Assembly: GCF_052425735.1 (NCBI RefSeq)
Contig: NC_135769.1
Span: forward strand, 20,646,001 to 20,710,000
DNA: 64,000 bases
DNA from: Oculina patagonica
Lineage: Eukaryota
Direction of reading: 5' to 3'
Made by a program: the position numbers and the translations under genes. Every line of letters begins with the position of its first letter. Positions within the stretch are counted from its first letter, which is position 1. This document shows positions 36,165 through 49,460 of the stretch, one piece after another. Below the pieces are notes generated by a model. That model ran no database searches. It was not told the origin of the DNA and saw only the letters and a program-made list of their open reading frames with translations.

Positions 36165-37727
36165 TTCTCGATCAAACAGCCACCAAGAATCTACGGTTTA
36201 CCAAAAATCCACAAGGCCGACGTACCTTTAAGACCTATCGTATCATGCGTTAACACCTTTGCGTATGATTTGTCAGCCTACCTAGCTAACATCTTGTCTC
36301 CTCTAACAGGTAACTCGGATTTCGCAGTGACCAATTCAGCCCACTTCGTATCCACCATCAACAGTGAGACGATCCTAGACAACGAGATCATGGTGTCTTT
36401 TGACGTGGAGTCGCTGTTTACAAACGTTCCTATCGACGGCGCTGTACAAGCCGCGCTACGGAAACTAGAGAACGATCCCAGCCTTGCCGATCGCACAACG
36501 CTAACACCTGCTCAGATCGCTGACCTCCTGAATTTCGTATTGAGATCCACATACTTCCAGTATAACGGATCAATTTACGAACAACAGGAAGGCGCAGCCA
36601 TGGGAAGTCCGGTTTCCGCTGTTGTTGCTAATCTCTACATGGAGAGCTTTGAGGAGCAGGCAATAACTTCATCATCCTGCAAGCCTAAGATATGGAAACG
36701 CTACGTGGACGATACCTTCACCATCTTGGATCGCGGAAGAGTCGACAGCTTCTTACAACATCTCAACAACCAGCAGCCTTCCATCCGCTTCACCATGGAA
36801 ACAGAGAACGACTGCAAAATCGCCTTCCTCGACACCACAGTTTCGAGAGAACCAGACGGCCGGCTCACCACCAGCGTATATAGAAAACCAACACACACTG
36901 ATCAATACTTAGCGTATGATTCACACCACCCTCAATCAGTAAAACGCGGTATTGTTAAGTGTCTTTACGATCGTGCTAAACGCCTCGTAACAAAACCATC
37001 TGTTATATCCAAGGAGAAAAAACATCTGTCATCTGTTCTTGTTTCTAATGGTTATCCCTATTCTTTCTTGCAGAAGATCACCAAGACCAGAAAGCCGAGC
37101 ACCAGTGCTGAGCCTACGACCGAGTTTAAATCTACTGCGGTTCTACCCTATGTCAAAGGTCTTTCCGAACAACTTAGACGCTGCCTACAACAACAAGGCG
37201 TACGCGCTGTTTTCAAGTCGGAAACTACATTAAGATCACACCTAGTACGGCCGAAAGACGCCGTTGATCCGACTAAACAAGATGGCGTTGTTTACAGAAT
37301 TCCCTGTGAGTGCGGCAAAGTTTACATCGGCGAGACTGGAAGACCTATGCAAGACAGAATCAAAGAACACGACCGGGACATCCGACTCGCCCGTATCCAG
37401 ACCTCCGCCGTTTCAGAGCACACCCACAACACCGGACACTACCCGCTTTGGAATGAGGTAAAGTTTATTGATCGTGAACCACACTGGTACACACGCAGGG
37501 TCAAAGAGGCAATTCACATAAGACTTCACCCTAATAATATCAACAGGGATAATGGAATTGAAATTCCTGAAGCATGGATGCCCACGATCAAAAAACACAA
37601 CAACAGGAGAACTGTACGACAGCGGACCGCTGAGGGAACAACAGGACACGGAAACAGCGAGGATCGAAATGCACCAATCACAGCTGTTGAAAACCAACCA
37701 ATCACAGCGCAGCAGCGTGCTTTATAA
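36165..37727 (+). CDS. Penelope RT + GIY-YIG endonuclease, N-terminally truncated, frame open
   Basis: PRIYGLPKIHK, PLRPIVS, SFDVESLFT, GAAMGSP, RYVDD, YRKPTHTDQYL, GVVYRIPCECGKVYIGETGR, SAVSEH. Confidence 0.93.
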   Translation, partial: FSIKQPPRIYGLPKIHKADVPLRPIVSCVNTFAYDLSAYLANILSPLTGNSDFAVTNSAHFVSTINSETILDNEIMVSFDVESLFTNVPIDGAVQAALRKLENDPSLADRTTLTPAQIADLLNFVLRSTYFQYNGSIYEQQEGAAMGSPVSAVVANLYMESFEEQAITSSSCKPKIWKRYVDDTFTILDRGRVDSFLQHLNNQQPSIRFTMETENDCKIAFLDTTVSREPDGRLTTSVYRKPTHTDQYLAYDSHHPQSVKRGIVKCLYDRAKRLVTKPSVISKEKKHLSSVLVSNGYPYSFLQKITKTRKPSTSAEPTTEFKSTAVLPYVKGLSEQLRRCLQQQGVRAVFKSETTLRSHLVRPKDAVDPTKQDGVVYRIPCECGKVYIGETGRPMQDRIKEHDRDIRLARIQTSAVSEHTHNTGHYPLWNEVKFIDREPHWYTRRVKEAIHIRLHPNNINRDNGIEIPEAWMPTIKKHNNRRTVRQRTAEGTTGHGNSEDRNAPITAVENQPITAQQRAL

Positions 37728-37751
37728 GTTCACGCACAACCAGTCGACCTT

Positions 37752-37795
37752 ATCGCCTGATGAAGACTAGCAGTGTGCAGTCGAAACGTCGCGAT
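37752..37795 (+). ncRNA. Minimal type I hammerhead ribozyme in the Penelope 3' region
   Basis: ATCGC-CTGATGA-A-GACTAGCAGTGTGCAGTC-GAAA-CGTC-GCGAT; 5 bp stem I, palindromic ACGT stem III, GUC cleavage triplet. Confidence 0.85.
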
Positions 37796-39412
37796 CTACA
37801 TCACAAGTGACACTACGTCGTGAGACAAACGAAAAATACTTTATTATTATTGTCCCTGTATTTGTAGCCACGATGTCATTCATGGCGTTTATTTTCAGTG
37901 CTCGGAATGCTTTTTATTTGCAAAAATATCGAGTTATATGTGCAGAAAACGGCAACAGTGCATTATTTTAATGCACCGTAGAAATTTCCATATTAGACGC
38001 ACTACCTGACCATATGCAAATTTTGTTTTGCCTTCCGTGCAGTCAACCGGAAAAGTTGGAAAATGCTGTTCCATTTGCCACTGGAATTTTCCGGAAACTC
38101 AAACCAGAATTTTTGGTCGAATGGAAAGCGCCCAATAATATCACTGGTTAGGAAAAAATTTTACCGTTGCTAGGAGATTTTGGGTTTTGACCAATCACTA
38201 AACCGAACAAACAATAGGTATTGTTTCTCAATTTCGTGTTGAGCTCGTAAGATCAATAAGCACTTTCAATCCCCTAGTTAGGTATGAAAAAGGGGACAAA
38301 CTTGAGCTTTTCCCCACATGGACAGTTATGCAAACAAGTTTGGCAACCAGAAAAGAATTTGGGTTATTTTTGAGGTGTTGGCAGCTGAACGGCAGAAAAG
38401 ATATGTAAATCTCGGATAACTTTGTGGTCGTTATTTTTATTCGGTATGGAGTTAGCTGAAGTTGTCTAACGTTGCCTAAACAAGCAACGAGTGACATTTT
38501 TACCGGTGAGGCAGGCACGGGAAAGCACAGGCGTTCAACTCTATGTGTGTGTTTGTCTGTGTGGTCACAACTTACCAATATGAATATTCAAATCTCTTCA
38601 CTTATTGTTGTTGTGAATATTTAAGCTTCGAAAAATCGGCTTTTACGGCTGTGTTTTTGAAATAAAATAAATTAGAAATATTTCCGCATAGGGTGAGTTA
38701 GTTTTTATGCAGGTATTTTTGACGAATTGAAGCTTGCAGGTGCAGTTCTTTGATTTAATGTTTTCGACTCGTATATATGATACAATTATTTACATGCGGC
38801 GTGCAACTTTGACGTTGGAGAATTCAGTACTGTTTCTGGAATGCGAAAAAATATATTTTCTCCGCTCACTAATTCTCTCAACATTGGAACGTTATTTTAT
38901 GACCGGAAAATAAAGAAAAGTTGTAAGAGCGGGCCAGCCTGTATTATTTCAATCTGTTTCAAAGGTGATGTTAATAGTTCTTAACTCCAATTCATACTCG
39001 CAAAATTCAACCATTTAATTAAGCAAGACTCCAACTACTCCGGGTAAACCAATGTTCACTACATCCCACTCCCTGTGTAACTGAATGGTCTCCTTTGGAG
39101 ACCCCCCAGGTGGGCCACCTTTACCTTCCAAATAAGGAGATGGCCACCTTTGGATCTTACGAGCCTCACACGATCGAAGAGATTATTTTCCTACCCATGG
39201 TATTATACACATAGTCCCAAATTCAAATTAGCCTAGCTGTAGGCATACCTACCCCCAAAGGAAATGGTTTTTGTTTCGGGGAGTGGGCACGGGCACTGCA
39301 ATTGCAAATTAGTTTAGCATCCAGGACTTCTCGGCTCAACAAAAGCTTGGTCCCCCATGTGTTGTAAACTAATTCGAAAAACGAAAGAAGACGAAGACTT
39401 AGTTAGTTATTG

Positions 39413-40165
39413 CAGGCCCTTAACCAGGATTTTGCATGGGGGGGATGCGTATGAGCGCCGCAGGCGCGATAATGTAGGGGGGTCTGGGGGTATCCTCCCC
39501 CAGGAAATTTTGAAAAGATAGGCTATCTGAGAAAGCATTTCGTTCGTTTTTAAGACAGTTTGTTAGGAAAAAAGGCAGATAAAAGTGAAGGTATTAACGA
39601 CAATAATTCTGGTACATTTTTAAATTCAAATCATATTTTTCGAAACAGAACCTTGAAAACGTAATTTACAATTTATTTAGCTAACAATGACGGCAGTACA
39701 TAGAAGGAAGACAGGAAAAAATAGGTTTCTTCATTTCAGTGTCAAATGGTAATTACATAAATCAGCCAGAGTCGGTTTGTTGATCTTAAATAGCACTGTA
39801 GCTTCAACCTTCTTGGGTGCTTCCGAGCCCAACAATTGCAAGTACCCAGTCTCCTCTCTTTCGGTGGCAGCTGGGAATATTAATGGCACTTCGAACGGTT
39901 CGACTATGAAGGACATTGGGTAGAATGTATCGTTGAAATAAACTTAGAATCACACAATTTGGTCCAAAATATACCACATGAATCTACAAATGGTGGACCA
40001 TCCACCCAAAGGACCATATTGAATGTAAATAGTCGAAGTACAGAAATACCATTTCCCTTTATGTATTTATTTTAATTTTTTTTTCACAATGAGCGGACTT
40101 CCAAGGCTCGTGGGGGGGGGGGGGGTGCGGACGCACCCATCGCACCCCCCCTCCCTACGGGCCTG
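39413..40165. mobile_element. hAT-like MITE
   Basis: CAGGCCC / GGGCCTG ends, G-rich subtermini, approximate 8 bp TSD AGTTATTG / AGTATTGG. Confidence 0.75.
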
Positions 40166-40741
40166 AGTATTGGTTTTATATTTAGACGAACCCCACTTAT
40201 CCTATAGCTCATGCTTGGATTTCGTGAGGAATTTTATCTCTAATGAAGTCATGAGCTATCATGGCAAAGAAATTTATGGAAGAATGGTCGAAGAATTTTG
40301 GCTCTTCGAAAGCTTTGCTATGTTTTAAAGGCATTCTTGTTACAGCCCGCAAATATTCACAGATATTTGTCTTGAACATTATATCTGTTCGTCGAAGATT
40401 ACAATTTTTTTCGAGCTTCGCTCTCGGAATATCGTTCGCCTCTCGAAACAGATAATGTCCGCGGGCAAATATCCGTGTATTGCCTCAAATAGAGGTTCTT
40501 GTTGAGATAATACAACGGACGGATATGAATATTCCGTGACTCATCATGATGAATAACTCACAAAGATATCAGAAATCGAACGTTTTATTTGTTAAAAATA
40601 TTTATTGGCATTTTCGTACCTTCGGATTGAACTGGATCCAGCTTGCAATAGTTCCAGTCCAATACCGCGAATACGACAGTGCTAGGGAGCATGCTCCATT
40701 TTTATTTTTTAATCCTTTCCTATAGGCAAGTCTCTTTATTA

Positions 40742-41804
40742 CAGTGGAACCCCGATATAACGATCCTCGATACAGTGGAACCTCGATTTAACGAAGTGCC
40801 AAGGGACTGATGAAATTTGTTCGTTATATCGAGGGTTCGTTATATCGAAAACCTCGATATAACGAATTTGCGGAAAAACAACCAAAATGTTCGTTATATC
40901 GAGGTATAGTTAATCACTTTTTAACGCAGTTGCGTTCACTACGTACCCAGCATTTCCGGATATTGACGGTTTCTGAAAATAACTTATTGTCTGGACATAG
41001 ATTTGGACATATGTACTTGAACTTGTTCTCTTGTTACAGGATTAAATGATTTTCATCTTTGTTGGTCTGTTCTACATTCATCTTTTGCCGCTTTTTGACA
41101 TTTTTTCGTTATATCGAGGTACATTTTAGGTTTGGGCTTCTGGATTGTGTTCGTTATAACGAGGATTTCGTTATATCGAGGTTCGTTATATCGAGGTCCT
41201 GTTCTATACATTTTACTGTAACTTTGGCCGGGCTGCAGAATATCGTTCGTTAAACCGAGGACTTCGTTATATAGAGGTTCGTTAAATCGAGGTTCCACTG
41301 TATAACGATATTCCCGATATAACGATGAATATTCTATGTCCCGGCAAAAGTTACAGTAAAATGTATGGGACGGAACCCCGATATAACGATCTTCGATATA
41401 ACGATATTCCCGATATAACGATGAGAATTTAGCGGACCGAACGTAAAATCCTCCCGATATAACGATATTATCAGCACACAGTCACATTTTATTTGCAAAA
41501 CATCGAATTTAATGCAATAACATTACGGTAATCGAGTCATCTCTTACGTTTCTAAAAACAGCTTTGTACGATGATATACAAAAATGATACTGTGTTCTAA
41601 GCCTTCTTATCAAAATTATTCTCTTTATCCTCCTCTAATATGCAGTAAAATTAAAAGTTCTTGTTAGGTTTACCCCGATAAAACGATATTTTCGGCTATT
41701 TTACGGTCATATCGTTATATCGGGAGTTTCGATATAACGATTCTTCGATATAACGATATTATTTTACTGCTCCCTTGGCATATCGTTATATCGGGGTTCC
41801 ACTG
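40742..41804. mobile_element. TA-flanked Tc1/mariner-pogo-type MITE with a related MITE nested at 40773-41300
   Basis: Outer TIR CAGTGGAACCCCGATATAACGAT; inner TIR CAGTGGAACCTCGATTTAACGAA; both TA-flanked; empty site near 13708. Confidence 0.92.
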
Positions 41805-43112
41805 TACAAGGCTGGCTTAAGCCCACGGATTAAAAGAATTGCGCTGTTTTTTTCATAAGTTTGACATGTCAGGAATGATTTACTCAGCTACATAAAAAGC
41901 GCTTCTATCTCGTCTTTTGTTTTAAGACAACGCTTAAAATAAGTTTAAACTCTCGTCATCAACTGTCATTTGTTTCTTGCAATTCGAGTTGTAAGAAATT
42001 AGTCGTACATCACGGCACGGATTATTTACTCAATTCTAATCACCTGGTTGTTACAGTAAATAGACGCCAAATCGATTTCAGTAAACAGTGGCAACAATTA
42101 CTCATCTGAATTTAAGATTTACGTTCAAAGGAAAACTTCGATCGCTGGCATCGACTACAAAGGTTCTTCCATGTAATCGTCGAGGGCTAAAAGTGAGTTT
42201 GAGTTTAATTTACTTGTCTGACTGTGAGACATTCTCAATTTCACAAACACATTAGCTGTCTGTAGAACCAATTGCTAAAGTGATAATATCAACGAAAGTT
42301 GAAACAATCACTTTAATACCCATGCCAACGACTGAACAGCATAGTCCAAAGTCTTTCGATTTCTTACATCTACCGAATTTATCAGAAATTTAGTGTAAAC
42401 TATTTAACGCATTCTTTTAACAAAATTTCTCACAGAATCTGTATTCTGCTGGCAAATCAAATATGTGAACATCTGCTACATATGCTGTTTAGATGTGCTG
42501 TGTTGTTTTCTGATCTATCGTAAATAAACATCGATCCTTTTACTTTTCTTTTACTTTTTTTCTTTTTTCGCAAAAGAACATCGATTTCTTTTACCTTTTT
42601 CAGTCTATTTGAATACGTAAAATATGTTTTTTAAAGCCTTCGTACAATATTGATTTAGTATTTGGGATGAAATAACTCTTATTTTCATTTTTTTACTCAT
42701 AATAATTTAACTCAAAGGGAACAAAGATCAAAAAAAACTTTACAGCTAATTTGTCAAGCTTCTATTCCGAAGGTGTGTGGTGGTCAAGTCTAATATTTCT
42801 CTTGCTGTAATTTTCGACCTTTTGGTGCTGATGTTTGTTAACGATTCTCACTGCAAATATAACCACTCACAGCCTAAGCGGCAAGATTAAGCCACCGACA
42901 ACTGTTCTTTTACAGTAGACTAAACTGAACCACTATCAATAACACACTGGTTATCAATTGTTGATAAAAATACACCTAGCTAAATTTTTTGCCTGTTGTT
43001 GAGTAGCTGAGTTATTTGAGTTAAGCAGTTATGCTTTCTCCGTTACGGGTGTTAAAATTATCTTAAACTGTATTTCTTTATCTACAGATACCTTCCAATT
43101 TGTACCGAAAGA

Positions 43113-43994
43113 ATGGCAATGGCAACTGCCTCTCTTTTGTACGTGCTATGTCTGTTCGCCATGATAGTTTTTAACATAGCAGGCAATTCCCTTGTATGCC
43201 TTGTAATATTGAAGAAGAAAGCAATGAAAACATCAATCAACTGGCTTCTTTTCCATTTGGCCATCGCTGATTTACTGGTCGCTGTCTTCTTTATTCCTCC
43301 TTGCATTCTGAGCCACTTCATCGACCAACCAAGCGGAGTCATTGGAGATCTGCTGTGTAAGTTCATTACTGATAGGGCCCTGGGTTGGGTGGCAGCTTCA
43401 GCCTCGAGCTTTCTGCTGGCGGTGATAGCTTTTGAGCGTTATAAAGCCACCTTACATCCATTGCAGACACTTCAACGTAGACGCTCCCCGTGGTTGCTGG
43501 CAATTCTATGGACCGCAGCCATTCTATTGGTATTGCCCACTCTCGTAGTAACAGCCTACGATGCAAAACGTCAAGAGTGCATCCAGAACTTTCCAGATAA
43601 TTTAACGAATCGGGCACATTCACTCACTTGGTCATTTGCCAATTCAGTGCTGCCGATATGCATCATGGGATACCTGTACACGCGGATCATTTTGTGTCTG
43701 CGCAACCGTGTAATTGTGCCAGGCTCCTCTCCAAATGCTGCTTCACAGTCCAGAAATAAGGTTACAAAGATGCTCATCACAGTCTCTGTCCTCTTCATCA
43801 CGTGCTGGACCCCTCCCACAGTGCTCTGCTTTCTTAGTCCCGTGATTCCTGGCGGGTACGCTACAGTGTATTATGTGTCCACAGCATGCGCGCTGTTGAA
43901 TTCCTCCCTCAATCCACTGGTGTACACCCTTCATAGTCAACAGTTCAGAAAGAATCTCGCTTCACTGGTGCGTAGAACACCCAAAAGCAAGTAG
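43113..43994 (+). CDS. Class A GPCR 3 (293 aa)
   Basis: 7TM; FERY, CWTP, NPLVY. Confidence 0.95.
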   Translation: MAMATASLLYVLCLFAMIVFNIAGNSLVCLVILKKKAMKTSINWLLFHLAIADLLVAVFFIPPCILSHFIDQPSGVIGDLLCKFITDRALGWVAASASSFLLAVIAFERYKATLHPLQTLQRRRSPWLLAILWTAAILLVLPTLVVTAYDAKRQECIQNFPDNLTNRAHSLTWSFANSVLPICIMGYLYTRIILCLRNRVIVPGSSPNAASQSRNKVTKMLITVSVLFITCWTPPTVLCFLSPVIPGGYATVYYVSTACALLNSSLNPLVYTLHSQQFRKNLASLVRRTPKSK

Positions 43995-45826
43995 TCGCCA
44001 CACACAAAACAAATGGGGGAAACAGGTCCTGGAATTAAATTATTAGTTATTTACGTACGTATTTGTTCGAAAACAATAGTCGGCTTGTAATGTAAATAGT
44101 TCTTGTTAGTGTTTTTTGTTTGTTTACTGTGTCGTTTGTTCATGATAACTGATATTTGCTAGGGGAGCAAACGTAGCCTGAATTTTAGACGTCCCTAGCT
44201 CCGTCGCGTCAACCAGGATACTGTAAAGGTTATGTATAAGTAAATTACATGTAAAGTGTTACATGTGAAAATAAAAACTGAATATAAATACATGAACAGG
44301 TTAATAAAGGACTGGTGAGAATTAACATGTTAAAAAGTTCCAATAGTAATATTTAAAAATTAAAATAAAATAAAAATAGCTTTTTTGGTTTGACTTTTAG
44401 AAGTTAAAAGATTTTAAATTTTCATAACAAGGCAGGCGAAGAAACAAGAAAGCAATTTCGGCATACACTGCGAGGTATCGACTCGTGATTATCTTAAGCT
44501 CGTTAAATTATTTTATTATGTAAACACGTTTTAAAGTTTTGAAGACTTTGACAGTGTTAATTTATGATGCCTGTTAATGATATTTCCGTGAACACTTCTT
44601 TGCCACAGATATAGTAACAGGTCCCGCGGTATTGGCAACGAAGGCACCGTTTTCTGCAAACTCAAACCAAGTACATGAAGGTTTTTTTTCATTTTTAAAT
44701 TGTTTCTATCGCTAAAACCATTGCTCAAAAAGTCAAGGTGTTTGGCAGCTTGTAGGAAAAATTACCTCGTTTCTGGTCAACCGTATTCACTGCTATGCAA
44801 ATGTAATACGTTATCTGTGAAGAGTGGCTTTTGTCGAAGGCTGAAAAGTCCAGTTTTAATTCAGTTTACCCATCCTGCGAGACCGTGGGTGACATTTCAA
44901 TCATCTGTCTTGCTTGACTGATTAGTGACTAATCATACAGTTGAAGTCGAAATAATAACTTAACAAAAAACAAAGCAGGGTCATGCAAAACAGAGATAAA
45001 ACACATTTTGTAAGTATTTCGTTAACACTATACTGAACTTTGTAAAGACTGCTCCACCATATCATATATCGACAATTCGGAATAGAGCAGCTGATTTTCA
45101 AAAAACTTCAATCTTTTAAGATGTGCATTTAAGTTGTTGTTTTAGTTTTGAGCAAGAATTAAAATATAATGCTTAGGTCCAATGTTTCTTACTGATAATG
45201 ATAACTTTGGGTGACAACAGAGCTTTATAATGATATTTGTCAAACCTTTATTTCAAACTGATGTGGTCGACGCCTGTTCACATGCATATGTCGTGTTTGA
45301 ATTATCGATCTTCGTGTGTAAGATAACTTATTTCAAATTTTGTGTTTGAGATATGTTTATCCTAGAAAAATATTTCATGATTCAAGGCAAACACGGAGTA
45401 CTGAGGTTTTTGCAGTTGATTAACAAATAACTGACTTTTCAGTAGTTCAGTCCCCGAACTCTCTCTTCTCAAACCTGGGTTAAGCCCCTATAAAGGGCGC
45501 GCGGAAGAGCGAGTTCAGGGACTGGACTATTTGTACAGTCGATAACATTAACATAAAAGAGACATGTTCTATTTTATTATACACTAAACAGACTACGATA
45601 CACAACTTAGCATTTGTAGATAAACAATCGCAATTTATTGTATACAGTATGTTTCTCTGTTGCTGAACAAATGTTGACCAATGCCAAGAGAAATACTCCT
45701 TGAATAATAAAATATGTGAATAACTGCTCGGCTTTTTTGGTGCCAAGCGTTTATTCACTATAATGTTTAGAGCTTTATTGACTTCAAAATCTACTTTCCG
45801 AAACGAATTTAATTTCGAATCAAAGA

Positions 45827-46712
45827 ATGGCAATATCGACGTCCTCACTGGTGTACGCACTGTGCCTGGGCGCGATGACAATTTTCAACATAGCAGGCAA
45901 TTCCCTCGTATGCCTTGTAATAATCAAGAAGAAAGCTATGAAAACCCCAATCAACTGGCTACTTTTCCATTTGGCCATCGCTGATTTACTGGTCGCTGTC
46001 TTCTTCATTCCTCCTTGCATTCTGAGCCACTTCATTGACCAACCAAGTGGCTTTGTTGGAGACATGCTATGCAAGTTTGTTTTGGTCGGGGCCTTCGGTT
46101 GGGCAGCGGCTTCAGCCTCGAGCTTTCTGCTTTTGGCAATAGCTTTTGAGCGTTATTATGCAACCGTACGTCCATTGGAACACCTCAGTCGAAGTCGGTC
46201 ATCGCGGCTGGTGCTAATTCTGTGGATTCTCGCGATCTTAATGATCACGCCCATTTTAGTGGTATTGACCTACGATACAGAGGGACAAATGTGCGTGGAG
46301 AACTTCCCAGATTACACAGTGGCCCGCGCCTATCACTTTATTTGGTCATTTGTCAATTCATTGCTGCCGATAAGCATCATGGGATACCTGTACACGCGGA
46401 TCATTTTGTGTCTGCGCAACCGTGTTGTCGTTCCAGGCTCTACTCTAACCTCCAGGCCACAGTCAAGAGATAAGGTAACCAAGATGCTCATTTCAGTCAC
46501 TGTCATCTTCATGGCGTGCTGGAACCCTCCCACAGTGCTGTGCGTGCTGAATCGCGTGACCCCTGGTGGTTTTTTTTGCCACACTGGACCCCCTGACCAC
46601 AGCATTGGTGCTGTTGAATTCCTGCCTCAATCCACTGGTGTACAGCCTTCATAGTCAACAGTTCAGGAAACATCTTGCTTCACTGTTGAACAGAGCGCAC
46701 AAAAGCAAGTAG
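45827..46712 (+). CDS. Class A GPCR 4 with a +1 frameshift in a T homopolymer (sequencing error or young pseudogene)
   Basis: Removing one T from the 8-T run at 46570-46577 restores GGFFATLDPLTTALVLLNSCLNPLVYSLHSQQFRKHL...KSK* (294 aa). Confidence 0.8.
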
Positions 46713-47264
46713 TTGCCATTCAGAAAAAGGGAAGAAACTGGTTAACTGGTTTTAACAATTGAAATTGCTTGGATTGCGATGGACTCAAACATAAACGCTT
46801 TGTTTGCAAATCATTAACGATAGTCGTCTTATACTGTATACAGTTTTTATTAAATTTTCAGTCTTTTCATTGTGGATCTGTAAACGATAACTGGCATGCT
46901 TTGTAGTTTCAATATTCAGTGAGTCAAGCTTTGTGCCAGTCAGAAAAAAAATTGTTAGCAAACTTGTAAAATGAAACCAATGTATAAGTGAGAGAATGTA
47001 TTACATAGGAAGAAAAATAACTAAATAATATAATTAAAATGAATGAATGAATAGACCAATTAAAAACCTTTTGAAAAGGGCATTGTGAATCGAAACCTTG
47101 ATGTTTTCCAGTCAGAGACTCAAGAAAAATCTCACCAGGAGAGACAATGATCAACCAGGGTGTTTCTATCCCCCCAAAACCGACGACAATAAAATTTCAA
47201 ATTAAAACATCAAAACAGGTTCCCCGAGATTGGTCGACGAAATGATCGTGAAAATAACATCTAT

Positions 47265-47612
47265 AGACCTTATGCAAAAATGGTTGTCATTCATTTCTGT
47301 TGTTTAGTCAAGTTTCTTAAAACGCTGATGGTGGCACTTAAATATATATGAAATATTATGCTATTTTGAGAAGTTTCAGTGTTTTGGGTTAAATGGCTGC
47401 AAAGTTATGACTCATTCAAATTTAAGAGATTTGTATGGAAAAAGTCACCCTGGCCTGCCTAGCCTCGTTTTCATGTTTTTGGCAATATAAATGCCCCTGT
47501 AACTTCCCATTAAATGAATGTATAGCCTTTAAACTTCATACACTGATTTACTTTGACTTGATGATTCTTCTGGGAGCCGAAAATTAATAGCCGCCATATT
47601 TGCATTGGGTCT
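47265..47612. mobile_element. AT-flanked MITE
   Basis: Imperfect TIR AGACCTTATGCAAAAATGG / CCATATTTGCATTGGGTCT; absent at paralogous sites near 51200 and 62085. Confidence 0.7.
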
Positions 47613-49460
47613 ATTACTTTTCTTGGGAGAGCAAAAAAAATTAAAAACAAAAACAAAACAGGTTGGGTTTCACAACGGACTCACGGTTGCAAAGTGGTGT
47701 AAGGCAGGATCCGTACAACTAATATCTGTCCAGAACATCCAACTGTAAAGAACACATTCGTATCTTTTAATTTTAGCATGATTGTATGACAAGTTTAAAA
47801 CTGAAGAGTCTGATAACTTTTAGTATTTGCATGATAATACAGGCGAAAATAGGAAAGGCAATTTCGGGCACAATCAATCTTTTTATCATTTTAACAACTT
47901 TGGCAATTTATCTATTTTTAGCAATTATTTTAGCGTTTTTATTTTTTAACCTTTATATATTTTTATTTTTTTTTTTTTTTATTTTTTTTTTTTTTTTTAC
48001 ACCCCACCCCACAAACTATTTATTTTTTTTTCCCATCTTATAAAAAAAAATTTTTTTTTTTTATTTGATATCAGCAATATATCATAATTATCTTGACTTC
48101 AGAAAACTGTTTCACTTATAAACAGGATTAAAATCTGGAAGAACTTCGACAGTGTTAGTTTATGCATTTGTAACAGAAAGAATACGTTTCTGTTTAATCA
48201 TAAGTTATAAGCTTCACAGCTAGTTCTTATCTGTATGCTGAAAGTGTTTAGAAGATGAAAAAAAAATCAAGATGTTTCACAGCTTGTACGCAAATTAAAT
48301 CATTACCTCGCTTCTGAATTTTACTCCTCTGCTGAGCGAATAGGAAACGGTATCTGTAAAAAGGACTATTGTCAAAGAAAAAAGGTCCATTTTAATTAAA
48401 TTTTCCTATTCTATAGTGCCTGTGGGTGACATTTCAATTTCAAAGACGCATTATTTCTCATGGAAGATGAATAATAACTTGTTAAGGAGTTGAAACAATA
48501 AATTAACTAAAAACAGGAAGGGATTTAAACGAAGCTTGGTAAGTATTTCAATTCTTAAAATTTACGAAACTTTACACAGAATTCTATTGAGATTTTATTA
48601 AAAATTCGAAACATAGAGCTTTCAGTTATGTTCATGTACAAGAAATTTTGATTTCTTCGGTAAGGGAAATATTGATCTTTTGTTTTGAGGTACTAATATG
48701 TCAAAAAATCTTGATATATACAATGTTCAAATGTGCATTACAGATATTGTTGTAGTTTTGCTTCGGAATAGTTTTAAAGGTCCAAGGTTTTTTCCTATAA
48801 TAGTTTAACTCAATAGAGCGAGTATATTATATGCCAAACTTTGATTATTCCGAACGGTGGTGGACGCGTGGAAAAATTATATCTCGTGTTTTAATTTTCG
48901 ATCTTCAGGTGCAAAATAATTCGTTTCATTTTCAGTGTTTTGAAATGTTAATTCTAGCAAGAAAATGTTAAGACTCAACGCAAAAACAACTTTGTATGGG
49001 TTGAATGTTGACAGAGCAAACAGAGAAAGCTTGTACATGTTGAAATAAATGAAGACATGTTCTACTTCGTTCAACATTCAACAGGGTACGATGCTCAGGT
49101 TAACAGTACTTTTTGAACTACAAACCCAATTTACTATAATTTACTTTGTTGCTTAACATATGTTAATTAATTTTAAATCTGATTTGTGATACGTTATGTA
49201 AAATGCGCGCGCAAGGGAGGATGGAAAGGCGAAAGGAAGAAAGACGTCTCTTCTTTCTTCTTCCCGTGGTTTCTCACGCTTCGCGCACGTCACCAGTCGC
49301 TCGCGCTTCGCGCTCGCCTTTGTTTTTTGCAGCCTAAAATGCGAAGAACCTGAAAAAGAGGCAGCAAATATCTTATTACTTTCCTTTTCCCCGTATTAAG
49401 TGTTTTTTAATTGTTAGCTAACATTACAGTTTCTCAGTATTCAGAAAACGTTCAAATCCA

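Larger units (their letters stand above)
34772..37851. mobile_element. Penelope-like retrotransposon, 5'-truncated, with an inverted partial copy; 12 bp TSD
   Basis: GTCCCTGTATTT at 34760-34771 and 37852-37863; minus-strand copy 34772-~36160 mirrors ~36423-37852. Confidence 0.92.
34247..38133. mobile_element. MITE (GGGCGCTTTCCATTCGACCAAAAATTC TIR, AAT flanks) containing the Penelope insertion
   Basis: TIRs at 34247-34273 and 38107-38133; AATAAT on both sides. Confidence 0.85.
34100..40182. mobile_element. Old TIR element hosting nested insertions
   Basis: 34100-34225 is the imperfect reverse complement of 39300-39412 plus 40170-40182. Confidence 0.65.
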
